Notes under the pieces: generated by a model
Seen by the model: the letters and a program-made list of their open reading frames with translations, nothing else
The model's database searches: none
What the model was told of the DNA's origin: nothing
From: Cyanophora paradoxa CCMP329
Lineage: Eukaryota; Plantae; Glaucophyta
Direction: 5' to 3'
Length of the DNA stretch: 64,000 nucleotides
NCBI GenBank assembly: GCA_004431415.1
Contig: QPMI01000031.1
Location: 1-64,000 of the forward strand
Translations under genes and position numbers: made by a program
Shown here: one piece after another, positions 49,501 to 61,560 of the stretch
Numbering within the stretch: the stretch's first letter is position 1
Layout: each line of letters starts with the position of its first letter

Positions 49501-50442
49501 CGCGCTTCGACTGGTGCTCCTCCCTAAGCTTCTTGTTCTCCGCCTCAAGCACTGCGATGCGCTCGTCGCGCGCTTTGAGCGTCGCCTTGCGGACGATCCG
49601 CTCCTCAGGCGGCACATCTTCCTTGCCGCGAGCGCGTTTCGGGGCGGTGCCGGGGCCGGGGGCCGGCCGCGGCGCCGGGCTCGGCGCCTCATTAAGAACT
49701 GCATTCGTCTGCTCGCGGCCGGGCAGAGAGCATACACTCGTAAGCGCGGGCAAGTCAAGTCATGACATCGAATTTGAATGAGCGGCATACCACGTCGGCG
49801 CCGAACGCGCGACGACCGCGCTGCTGCTGCTGCTCTGGGCTAATCTGAGGCGATTGCGGGCTCGCTGGAGCCGATGGCGACCCGGGTGGCGAAGCTGGAG
49901 GGCTCTGCAGGATGCACTGGAGGAACACAGCCACTGCGGTGGCCTCTTGAAGCGCCGCCGTGCAAGCTAAGCTATGCGGATACAATGGAGACGCAATGCC
50001 GCGCGCCTCCAGTTCCAGGTGGGCGTTTCGGCTGTGGGTGAGCACTGCGATGATCCGCATAAGCGCCTGGTACGCGACCGACGCGTCCGCCATCTCTAAA
50101 ACGACTGCTGCGGGCGCTGGAAACGTTTGGGGCGCGGGCTGGGCCGCGGGACGGGGCGCGATGGGTCGCTGCATCGCGCGGGCGGGTTCAAAACTCGGAA
50201 AAAAAGATCGCGTGTACCTCCCCTGCCATCTGCGGAAGCGGCAGCTCCGAGCGCCGCGAGCAAGCATACACATCCGCGACAGTTAGGCGCCGAAGAGCAG
50301 CAGGCGAGCCCAGCATGCGCGATAATGCGCAATTGCGATGCATAGCTACCTTAGGCGAAGCGGCTGGTCCACCCGCGCGGTCCTTGCCGGCCGCGATGCT
50401 CGCTCGTCGATATGGGTATGACGCGCTAAGCAAGGGGAGCAT
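46597..50442 (-). CDS. RAG1/Transib-like DDE transposase (spliced, acidic C-terminal tail)
   Basis: Motifs in RAG1-core order: RVRLAGDG (D 48398-48400), FLVTGDYKFL (D 48086-48088), CPHC (48038-48049), DALH (47728-47739), TRYMHSTLAHL (YMHSTLAH 47260-47283), GRWSCEVIES (E 47194-47196). 5' exons are approximate. Apparent 1-nt frameshift near 46825. Confidence 0.82.
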
Positions 50443-50576
50443 GCCCAGACTGGGTACGCAAACTGCTGAACGTCCAACTCCAGCTGAACGCCCTGCAGCT
50501 GGTGGGCCTGAAGCAGCCTCAAGCGTTAGCTATGTCGCATCGACAGTGTAGCTATGTTAGCTGTGGAGCGAAGCAT

Positions 50577-51309
50577 ATGCCCGCTGACTACGTGTCCGAG
50601 GAGGAGGACCAGGAGGAGACCATCAACGCGCCGTGCAATCGCCCAATGACTTCGTCTGTCATCGAGATCAACAGCAGCGACTCGGAGAGCGATGGACCAG
50701 CGGCAGCGCGCCGAGCGCAGGGCGCGCATGAAGGCGGACGAGGAGCGCGCGCTCGAGGAGGAGGATGAGATCAGGCGGCGCCACCAGGCAGCTTTGGAGG
50801 TCAACCTCGCAATAGAGCGCGACTCGGTGAGGCCATACAAGCTGGCCGAGCTCAAGCAGTTGCTGGAGTACGCGCGCGCGTGGATGCGCGAGCACGAGCA
50901 GCTGTACGAGCAGTTCGAGGTCGCGCTGGCGCACAACAACCTCCTCGAGGCCATTAACCTGCGGTCGGAGATCCGCAAGCACCGCAGCACGGCGCGCTTC
51001 TGCGGGCAGGACCCCCTCGGGCTCTACGAGGAGGCGGCCTTCAAGCCTCTCTATGACAACGTGACGGCCTTGCAGCGGCGGGCGGGGCAGATGGAGCATT
51101 TCGGCGACAATCTCTTCAAGTGCGCGGAGCACTTCCAGCGGGTGCGCATCCGGCAGCAGCAGGCGGCGGCGGCGGCGGCGGCGGAGGCGGCGGAGGCGGC
51201 GGCGGAGGCGGACGGGGCTGCTGCTGCTGCTCGGTGCAAGCGCCGCCGCCTGCGTCGCGGCGACGGCGTGCTCGTCTCGCGGCCGGACGATGCCGACGAC
51301 GAAGCGTAG
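50577..51309 (+). CDS. Hypothetical alpha-helical protein, divergent from the transposase
   Basis: ORF 50692-51309 with strong GC3 codon bias. A likely acidic N-terminus from ATG 50577 lies in another frame. Confidence 0.55.
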
Positions 51310-53080
51310 CGCCGTTAGCCGCCCCCGCCCCGCCGTTAGCCGCCCCCGCCCCGCCGGCCCCGCCCCCGCCCCGCCGGCCCCCGCCCCGCCCCGCCGGCCC
51401 CCGCCCCGCCCCGCCCGCCCCGCCCCCGCCCCGCCCCGCCCCGCCCCGCCCCCGCCCGCCCCCGCCCCGCCCGCCCCGCCCCGCCCCCGCCCGCCGCCCC
51501 GCCCCGCCCCGCCCCGCCCCGCCCGCCCCGCCCCGCCCCGCCGGCCCCCGCCCCCGCCCCGCCGGCCCCCGCCCCCGCCCCGCCGGTCGCCGCCCTGCCG
51601 GCGACGGCGTCCTCGTCTCGCGGCCGGACGATGTCTGCAGCTAGAGTCACCAGCTGCAGTCTGCACCTGGCTTGAATACGACAGATTTACTAGTTATTCT
51701 GCTATCGTGCGCGCACCGTGGCACCGTGGCACCGTGGCACTCAGTGACTACCGAGAGTGGCGGGCGGGCTGGCGGGGCGGGCTGACAGGGCGGGGCGCCT
51801 GGCGGGACAGTCGGGGGCCTCCGGGACACTCTGGCAGTCCGGGGGCCTCGGGAGCCTATTTTCGCGCCATACAAGGCCTCCCCCGACCCTGCAGCTGCAT
51901 AGGAGGCCTTATATAGTGCTTTAAAAAGGTTCTCTAAGCTTTTTTCGATGTCTCCCAGCTCCTGGGGCGATGGGCCCAATTTGGAAGGGCCAAAAGTCAG
52001 CAGAAGACTAGCTGTAACGTAGTGTATAGGCGTATGATGAGTCATATGGTATGACGGGTTAAATGGGCCCATCGCGGGGGCTTTGTGCAGGGCACTAAAT
52101 AACGCCGTGTGACGCCTCTACATCTTGAATAAAAAGTTCTAATCAAGATACGAGGCTGCCGTGCTTCAATCGCAAGCCTCGGAGTGCAGATTCCCTGGCA
52201 GATCAAAAATTGCGAACGCGATACCGGGGTCGCCGCGCGCTCGCAGCCTTGCGAAACCTTGAGAGCGGATAAGATTGCCGCCGACAGCGAGCCCAGCTCC
52301 CCGCTCGCAGTGCAGCCGCGCGCTTAAGGCGCCGGCCAGCCACTTGGCCCGGCTGCAGCTGCTCCGGCACGGGCGGCCTCAGCCAGCCGGCACCATGCTA
52401 TCGCAGCTTCAGCCATGAGCCTCGGAGAGGGCGGAAGTCTCCGAGGCTCGGTCCGCGATCCAGGGCAGGCGTGCGTATGTTCCAAGTTCGCGGGCGAGGG
52501 CGTGCGCCTCGCCGAATCGTTGTCGCGGCGTGCGCCTCGCCAGGTGTACTACAGTGCCACAGTGCCACGTTGTCGAAAGCGCGAGCCGCTCAGTCAGCCG
52601 AGTTTCCTCCGCTGGCCAACCGGGTACGCATACGCCCGGCCCGGCCCGGCATGCCACGAGAGCGCCCGCGGCGCTTCACGCGGTCTTCCTTCATCTCCGT
52701 GACCCGCTTCTGCGAGACGAGGTCGGTGGGGGCAGCGGCTGCTTGCCGCAGTGCATGGATTGCCAGCCCCAGGTGCGAGGCCTTGACTCATCCCGAGCTT
52801 CCCGAGCAGATTACCAGGCGCGCCGGCGTAGCTCAGCGCCGATTGGGTCTGGCACGGTCCGCCTTTGCGGCCGACCCCGGTTCCGTGCCCAAGCCGTTCC
52901 GACCTTCCCGAGCAGATTACCAGGCGCGCCGGGCGCACCTAGCTCAGCGTCGCCGAGCTTATAGGCTAGGCTTGCTCGGAGGCTCCGGATGCACGCACAG
53001 TTAGCCAACCCAGCCGCGCCCCGCGTCCCCGCCCGGCTGTCGTGTGGGCGACGCATGCGCAAAAGGAACACAAATTTTTC

Positions 53081-54884
53081 TCATCCGATGAGAGCTCTAG
53101 CTATGCAGGACGAAGCGAGCGGGCCGGGGCTAGCGCCCGATGGCGGGCGCCTCGAAAGGCGACGTCTCCGGCGGCACAGCAGCGTGTAGCTGCTGGACCG
53201 CGGCGACCCACCCTGCGACCCTAGGCCCCGGGGTTCCCGCATGAGCACGTCCCTCATGTAGAGATACTCGATAACGGCCTCCAGCTCCTCCACCTCCTTT
53301 ATGTACATGCGCTCCTCCTTCCGCCACACCTTCGCCTCACGCTCCAACTCCAAGTCCCAATTCCTCTTCATCCTTGAGACCTGCGCCGCGCCGCGTTACG
53401 CGCCAGCGGGCGCACGCACGCGTGTGGGCAATCGCGGACCTTGTTTTCCAAGTCATCCACCTTCGTCTGCAGCGCAGCGTTCTGGTTCTGCAGCTCCTCG
53501 CACTCCTCTTCGAGGTTTTTGACCCGAGTCGCTCTCTGCGGGCGCCGGAGGGACCGCCGTCAGCAGCGCATTGCGGGCGCCGGCGGCGCGGGCGGCGCGG
53601 CGGCCGGCGGGCTCACCAGACTGGCGTTGAGCTGCATCATCTCCTTCTCCAGCTGAGCGATCTTCTCCTCCCGTTGAGCGATCTGCCGCTGCTTCTCCCT
53701 GTTGGCCCACCGCAGATCAGGGAGCTCCCGCTCCAGGGAGCTGCACTTCTGTTGGAGCTCCTCACGCTGCGCCGGTGCACGGAGGAACACGTCGACTTTC
53801 GCCTTCAGTTGATTGGCGAGCTCCGCGCCAGTTAGACCCTTGTCTAGGACATCCTGCGGCCCGAATCAGCGAGGCAAGCTGCGGGCGAAGCGCACGGCGG
53901 CGTGAAACGGCGCGCGCACACGCTGCTGAAGGTACTCGATCGCTTCAAGGAGCTTGGACGCCATGCGAACCGCATCGGAAACCCGCTTGCAGCCGGTGAG
54001 CCTCCGATAGAGTGCGGCGTCCTCCTCCTCGATGCGAAAGCGGTGCCGCCCGGGCTTGTCCCAGGGGTGAATCGATCTTCCTCCTCGCCCGTCATCTCGA
54101 CATCGCACTTGCGCCGCTTGCACTGCTGCTTGGTGGACGTGGCGGGCTTCTTCGGGGCTGGCTTCTTCGCGGCTGAGCTGGCAGGCGACGGCGCGACAGA
54201 GGGATCGTCCATATACCGCTCCATGGCAACGAAGGGATCCTCATATTGCTCGCTCGGTGCCGCCGCGGGCGAAGGCTGGGAGGTCGCCGCCGCTGCCCGC
54301 TTGCGACTCACGCGCTTAGGCATGTCCACGGGGGTCGCTGGCGAGGCCGCTGCCGCCGGCGGCTGCGTGCGTGGAGGCGTGGCCGGCTGATCATGCGAAG
54401 GCTGCGATTGCGAGGGCGCAGCTACTACCCGCTTGCGACGCGGGCGATCAGGCGTGTACACGGGGGTCGCTGATGAGGCAGCTGCGACAGGCGGCGTACA
54501 CGGCTGTACAGGCGTACCCCCCCCCAAAGGCGTCCCTGGCGTCTCACAGCAGCCGCTGCCGGGGCTCTGCTCGAGCTCTGAGCGTACTGGCGAGACTTGT
54601 GGGGAGTCGCTCCCGCCCGCCGGCTCCGCCGCGGGAGGCGCCAGCGCGACCGCGGCCGTCGCATGCGCAGCTGGCGCTGCATGCGCAGGCTGAACGACTT
54701 GCTCGCTCAAAGCTGCGTCGCCAAAGTCGTCTGGATTCACGTCCTCGCCGAGGTCGTCCTGGCTGCCGCAGGTGCTGCCGCCAATCTGGCCGTGCCGCGG
54801 CCTGCCATCGCTGGCGCCGCCCAGCCACGCTCTAATGGAACCGAACGCTGAGCCGACCTTGGCAGACAGCACAGAGAGCGGCAT
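53081..54884 (-). CDS. Hypothetical protein: low-complexity Pro/Ser/Thr N-terminus and spliced coiled-coil C-terminus
   Basis: ORF 53844-54884 followed by heptad-like exons (REELQQKCSSLEREL..; VKNLEEECEELQNQNAALQTKVDDLENK; MYIKEVEELEAVIEYL). Confidence 0.55.
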
Positions 54885-55577
54885 CTCGATCGCCGAACGC
54901 TAAGCTATAAGCGCTTTTGCTTTTCCCGCGCAAGTCCGTGGCTGGCCGCAATCTAGCTGCAGCTGGCCGTGGCTTGGAAGGGGGGGGAGATGGCTTGGGG
55001 GGGATATAGAATTTGGTCTAGCCAGCTCGAACTCGAACTCAGCCGGCTGATAGCCGCCGTGACACGGCCGTGTTCAAAATTCAAATTCCATCCATTGTTA
55101 AAGCTCGCGAACTAGCGGGATGTCCAAAAGGTCGCGCCGTTTTCGGCCCGTCGAGGTCCGTCCGGGGCCGTCTGCGACATGCGAAACAGCTCCTTACCGG
55201 CGCGGCGGCGGCGGCGAGCTACTATGATACTTATACAAAAATCCCAACACTAATACTGTTACCGATGCAGATCTCTCAGATGAGGTTAACGTTCACGAGG
55301 TCGAGGTCTCGGGTCCAACGGGTCCGAGCAACCAGTCTCTGGAACTTGCAAATGAACTTCGCTGAGCAGGAACTGGGGCTACGCTAGTGAAACGAAACGA
55401 AACGCGTACGGTGTACAAACAATCTAGCTATAGGCAAATGCGAACACCTCAAGTAAACACTCTGTCAACCATACGCGATCTAATACATGTACAGCCGCAC
55501 ACAAATGCAATAGAAACTCTGATCTAGAGCTTAAAGCCTTGAAGCTTGCTTCTTTGCACTTTGGAGGGGCCTTACTA

Positions 55578-58500
55578 TCGCGCGGCCGACGCTCCGTAGT
55601 CCAGCCCGACCGAACTCCAAACCCAGCGAACATCGACCGCCCAGCCGCGGCCCCATGCCCGCCACCTCAGCGGAGACAGCAGCCACACCGTCGGATGCGC
55701 CCCCGGACGCACCGACGCCCCGCCCGCTGCTCACGGTCGCCTTTTTGAATGTCGAAAGCCTTGCAGGCATACCTCGGCGCATCTGGCTCACCGGATGGCT
55801 CAAGCGTACCAAAGTGGACGTCCTCGGCATCGTTGACCACCGGCTCAATCCGAAGCAGATCGCGGCCCTTACGCAGCGCATCGAATCATCGTGGCGCGTG
55901 CTCATCCCGCCCGCCGCAGAGCTTAAACCCAACGTCTGGAGCCGAGGCACCGGTTTCCTCGTCCGCAAAGCCATCCCGGCCCTCCCCGGTGCTACAGCCA
56001 CGCTCGTGCCCCTCCCGCCCACGCCGGGCCTGCGGCCGCACGATGCTTCACTACTTCGCCTCTCCAGCGACACCAACGCATACAGCATTATCTGCCTCTA
56101 CGCCCCTAATGACGCGGCCTCGCAGAAGCGCCTGGCGGCAGGCGTCACCCAGGCGATCGAATCGCTCCAGCTTCCCCCGAACGACGCCCTCATTCTAGGC
56201 GGCGACCTAAACGCCTACGCGCTCCCGCATTTAGAAAGCCGCCGCCGTGCCGGCGCACCGCCCCCCTTCGGGCACTGGTCCGATCTCATGGCTGACTTGG
56301 ACCTGTTCGACGAACATCGCCGCAGGCGGCCGCGAGACCGCATATACACGCGCTGGCACCGCAAGACGAACCGCTTCGACCAGAACGCGGCGCGACTGGA
56401 CTACGTCCTCCTCTCAGCCGACCTCTGCGTCGCGGCGGAGCGCGTCGGTATCCTTCGCACGGCGGGCGCGGCCCCGCGCCCTGACCACGACGCGGTCTAC
56501 GCGCGGCTCCATACGGACGCCGTCATCGCGCCCCGGGCGGCCCGCTTCAGGCTCCACGACCGCATCCTCCACTTCCCGCCGTTCCAGCGGTCCGTGCGGG
56601 CCTGCACGGCCGAAGCGCTAACTCGCCAGCCGGCTCTCTGCACCGTGGAGTGGCAGCGCTGGCTCGACGAGCTCTTCGCTGAATACAGGGAGATCGCCCG
56701 CCGTACCCGCCCCAGGCTGACTCGGAGGTCCGAGACGCCCGCGAAGTGATCGCAGGCCTCTGGCGCGACGCGGAACAAGCGCTCCAAGACGCGGAGGTAG
56801 ACACCACCGAAGAAGACTACGCGGTCGCCGATATGGGCTACCTGACCATCCAGGAAGCAGCGCTCGACGCCGCAGACGCGGCTCTTAGCTCCCGCAAGCA
56901 CCTAGAACGCTCCCTCGCGCACGCGCACACAGTCCCCCCCGAGCTCGCCCGTCATATTAAGTACTCCTCGGCCGACAACCGTATGCGCTCGCTGCAGCCG
57001 TACCCCCGCGAGAGGGTACCCCGGCGGCCACGACGGAGGAAGACATGGCGGCGCACGCCTGCGCATACTACACGGAGCTCCTCGCGGCCCAACGCCCGCT
57101 TCCCCCCGACCTCCCGGCGGCCACGCCGCCCTCGGCTCCGGCGGCCCCGGCCCGCCGCCAAGAACCACGGGCAACGGAGCATTCCAATGCTCGCCCAGGC
57201 ACCACCACGGGGTCGGAGCCTGAAGGCGCTCGCCCGTACCAGGGAACGGCTAGGCCGAACCCGCAGACCACGGGGCCCGAGCCGGAAGGCGCTCGCCCGT
57301 CCTTGGAACCGGGAGCCTCGGGCCCCGTGGACGTGACGCCGGAAGCCACCGCCGCTTTCCCGGCGGTCGTCGAGAAGCTGCGCGCTGCCCACCTTCTCAC
57401 CCCCGCCGACCCCCTCACGTGTGAGGAAGCCGAGCTCTTGTCCCGCTGCCTCGATACAGCGCCCCCGCCCTTGCACCCCCCGATGTGCGCCCCCTATACG
57501 GTTGGCGAGATCGAGGAAAGCCTAAAAGAGATGAATAAGTCGACAGCGCCGGGCGAGGACGGCCTCTCTGTAAAGTTCTATCTCACGTTCTGGAACATCC
57601 TCGGCCCGATAGTCACAGAAAGCTATAACTGCGCGCGCGCGCTGGGCACCCTATCGGAGCGCCAACGCACGGGGCTAATCCAACTGCTCTATAAGAAAGG
57701 AGACCGCGATAAAATCCAGAACTGGCGCCCAATCACCCTCCTGCAAATAGACCGCCGCCTCTTCGGAGCGGTTCTCGCGAAGCGCATAGCGCCCGCCTGC
57801 CAGCACACTATCAGCTCCGTCCAAACGGGCTTTATGCCGGACCGCACCGGGGCAGACAACGTCTGGCAGATGCAAGCCGTCATCCGTCACGCGGACCGTA
57901 CGGACCAGCATGTCGTGATACTAAACACCGACTTCGAGAAAGCGTATGACCGCGTAGAACACCTCTATGCGCTCCGGGTCCTAGCGGTCCAGGGCTTCCC
58001 GCCCGAATTCCTCGCCGACGTCCGAGCTATCACGAAAGGCGCTAGATCAAAAGTTATGATCAACGGGCAGATCTTCCCAACCATCATCCCGGTTACGCGC
58101 AGCGCTCTCCAGGGCGACCCATTCGCATGCATGTTCTTCAACACGCAGCAGGAGCCCACCACGCGAGACATCCTCGCGGACCCCGAAATCACAGGCGTAC
58201 CCGCCCCTCGGGACCCCGGGATCGAATCCAAGCTGGTCCAATACGCCGACGACGCAGCGCACTCGCTCAAGATCAATCCCCGCAGCCCAGACCCTGGCCT
58301 GCCCGTTAAGAAAACCATAGCTAAGTACCAGAAAGCAGGGAAGTACAACGGCTCCTCGCTCAATCTCGGCAAAACCGAAGGCATGCTCGCGGGAGCCGCA
58401 GCACCGACAAAGCGGCCCGGCCACCCAATCACCCTCCCAGCATGGACCCAAGCGATTCCGATCCGCTGGGTCAAGTCCACGTCCACGCTCGGTATCCCGC

Positions 58501-60660
58501 TCGGCCCGAGGGGCGAATTTGACGCCCGCCCTTACTGGGCTAAGCGTGTAGACGGGATGCGCAGCCGGAGAGCTCGCTGGAACCTGCGCGCGATGCGCGT
58601 CCACCAACGCGTCTACGTAGCCACGGCCATCGTGGCGTCTGTTAATATGTACGCGGCCGCGTTCCTTCCGTGCCCCCCGTCGGCCCTCCAAGCCATTAAG
58701 GACGAATACTGGGCAGCAATATGGCCCTCGTCCGCAGATGCACCCGCCCGGAAGCGCAGCGCGCGCGGCCGGATATCACGAGCGAAAGCTGTCCTCCCAC
58801 CGTCCAACGGCGGCCTCGGAGCACTCGACCTTGAGAGCCGCCTCCTGGCGCAAGCAGGCACGTACATTCGAGCGCTCTGTGACCCCTCCTTCGCGGTTTG
58901 GAAGCTTTTCGCCGCAGAAGAGATGCAGGAACTAGTGCCCAAGAAATACGCGGCGGCCGCGCAGGCCCTCGGCCTCAACGCGCTGGGCGCCGACCTCCGC
59001 TTCCGCCCGTATGCAGCCCTCCTCCCTGCTCAGGGGCCCCTCGCACCAGCGGTGCGCATCCTCACGCTCCTACGACCCCCGGAATCGGGCCCGACCCCCT
59101 CCGGTGCCCGCCGCACCGCGCAATCGCGTCCCTGCCGCTCACGCGGGATCGCCTCAGGGCGGAGCCGCTCTGGCTCAACCCGGTGCTCGCCCCGCCTGGC
59201 CAAACCTGGGGCATAGGCAAAATTGATGAAGCCCTCGCCGCCCGGCTCACTGCCGCCCACCAGATCACCGGCCCCGCGCCCCAAGACCTCTCCCAGGCCG
59301 CGTACACGCGCCTGAATGAAATCCGCGCCCAGGTCCGCCTTCGCGCAGCCCAGCTCGGCCTCGCCCCTCTCGACACGCCCCCCCAAGCTATCCTCCCCGG
59401 GCCGACCCTCGGATATGGCTGATCGCAGCCCCAGCAGAAGCTGGCGCTGGCCCCAGAAGGCCGCGCTCAGGCCCGATCATCTTCGCGACCCCAGGCACCC
59501 CGCCGCTGGGCTGCACGACCAGCACAATGCCCGACGGCACCATAGTAGGCCCGCCCGGCCCCCCCGCGCCCCTCCCAGCCGCCCCCGCGCTCCTCCCCCG
59601 CGCCCTGATCATCGCCGTCCCACCGGGGTCGGCGAAACAAAAAGCCCGGTGGCCAGACGGCCGCGCCGTGACCGCGGGCCGCCTCGACCGCGCCCCCTGG
59701 ATCCACACCGGGCTCCTCTACCGGACCCCGACCGGCCCCCGCCCCTGGCTCCACTACCGCATCTCGGCGGGCTACCGCGCCCTCCGGGCCCAGCCCCCCC
59801 GCCCGGCCCCCGGCCCTCTCGCCCGCTTCGGCCCCCCGCCCCCCGGCAAATGCTGGACCCAGGTGTGGGGCGCGGGCACGCAACATGCCCACCTGTCCCC
59901 GTGGAACCGCGAGACCTGGCTCTGGGCCACCCACGCTTGCCTCCCCGCCGGCCAATTCCTTTTCCATATTGGGGCTCGCCCGACCCCGTTCTGCTGCGCC
60001 TGCCCCGGCTCCGATGTACCCCCCGATACCTCGGACCATGCAGTCTTCTACTGCGAGCCCGCGCGCGCGGCCTGGGAGGAACTGCTCGATAGGTGGAACG
60101 ATTTCTACGGCACCTCTATCCCCCTCGAATGCGCGCACGCCCTCACCGGATTCCTAGCCGTCCCAGAAGAGCTTAAAAAGCGCCGCACCGGCTCCGCACG
60201 CCAGAGACGCGAATTCCGCATGCCTCGTAGCCTGCTAGCGGCCCTGGCGGGCCTCATGATCAGCGCTGCATGGTCAGCCCACGTCCGCGCCATCCAGGAC
60301 AACGCCCCCGACAGCACCGACAACACGCCCCGCCGCCCTACCAAGAAATCGATCTGGCAAGCATTTGAGCGCGCAGTCTGGGCCCGCACCCTCCTAGAGC
60401 AGAGCAAGATCGAGCTCGCCACCCGGGGCCTCCCCCAGGACGCGACGCAGCCAACTTTAGACCCGGACACAGTGGCCTGGAACTGGGAGCCGGCCGACCC
60501 CGACGCGCCCCCGGACGCCCCGGCACCCCCACTCCCCCAGGCGCTCTGGACGGCAGACAGCTTCATTGCCACAGCCCACCGCTCAGCACACGAAACAACC
60601 CTCACCCGCGGGCCCCTCCTCGACCCGCCGCCGGACTCAGACCCCGACAGCGACGACTGA
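55578..60660 (+). mobile_element. L1/Tx1-like non-LTR retrotransposon pol (APE endonuclease, RT, CCHC zinc finger), several frameshifts
   Basis: APE: AFLNVESL, CLYAPN, ILGGDLN, RLDYVLLS, PDHDAV. RT: APGEDG, NWRPITLL, QTGF, DFEKAYDRV, QGDP, YADD (58242-58253), GGLG. Zinc finger: CCAC..DHAVFYC. Confidence 0.93.
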
Positions 60661-60698
60661 GGCCGCGGCGCCCGGACGCCGTCACTCCCAGGGGCACT

Positions 60699-61476
60699 TC
60701 AGCCCCGCCGGCCGCTCATGCGCGATCGCCTCCAGCCCGTTCGCGGCCGTCCCATCACCTTCCTGCGGACGGGGCAGAACAATGAGAGAAACAACGGGAC
60801 CAGCTGCAGAGCCCCGCTGCGCACCAGGAAGTCCATCGCTTGATCGACGGTGAGGAACCGCCGAGAGTCCCGACCCCGGACCCCCGGCACCCGCCACACC
60901 TGGGCCAGAGCGCACTCCCGCCCCGGATAGGTCTCCGTCTGATCCCTGAGCGTAGCGCGAGAAGACGGCCCCCAGCGTGACCGGCGACACCGCGTCATAA
61001 GCGCTGACGAAATCCGCAGCACACAGCGCGCGAGGCGCAGCTGCGCACCAGATCGAGTAAATCCCGGGCCGAATCCCATGGCGCACTGCATAAAACGCCA
61101 GCGTACTCTTCTTCGCGACCTGCGAGCACCCAGGATAGGGCAGCTCGTAGAAGTACGCCCGTACTACGCCATCACGAAACATCGCGGCCGCGGCACGCAG
61201 ATGCCCGCGGAGCGTCCTCAACATCGGGAAAGCCGCAGGCACGACCTCGCCAGGGCTCGAGCCGGCGCTCCCAACTACGACAGCGTCGTCCGCAAAACCG
61301 CTTAGAACCTCGCCATCGCTCAACTCGGCTGCAGCCGGGGTCGCAGAAACGCGGTCTTCGCCAACCGCAGCCCGCTTCGCCGAAGGCTCACCCGCGGACG
61401 ACTCACTCCCGCTACGCTCCCGCTTGCAATCCGCCTCGCAGCCGGGGCCCGGCGCTCCCTCGGGCATATCCGCCAT
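60699..61476 (-). CDS. Small protein with an RNase H1 N-terminal hybrid-binding (Caulimovirus viroplasmin, Cauli_VI) domain
   Basis: FYAVRHGIRPGIYSIW, intron 60946-61048 (GT..AG), then DQTETYPGRECALAQV..SRRFLTVDQAMDFL. Matches the pattern FYAV..G..PGIY..W..C..QV....K.F.T.EEA..FL. Confidence 0.72.
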
Positions 61477-61560
61477 CGCTCCAATGCAAACTAGACCCCA
61501 CCCCCCCCCTCGGGGGGTACAAGCCCCTCAATCATGGCCTAGTCCCAGATCCCCCCCTAG

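Noticed and set aside
55330-55390. Helitron 3' end (..CTAGT)
   Set aside because: No convincing GC-rich hairpin just upstream and no Rep/helicase gene.
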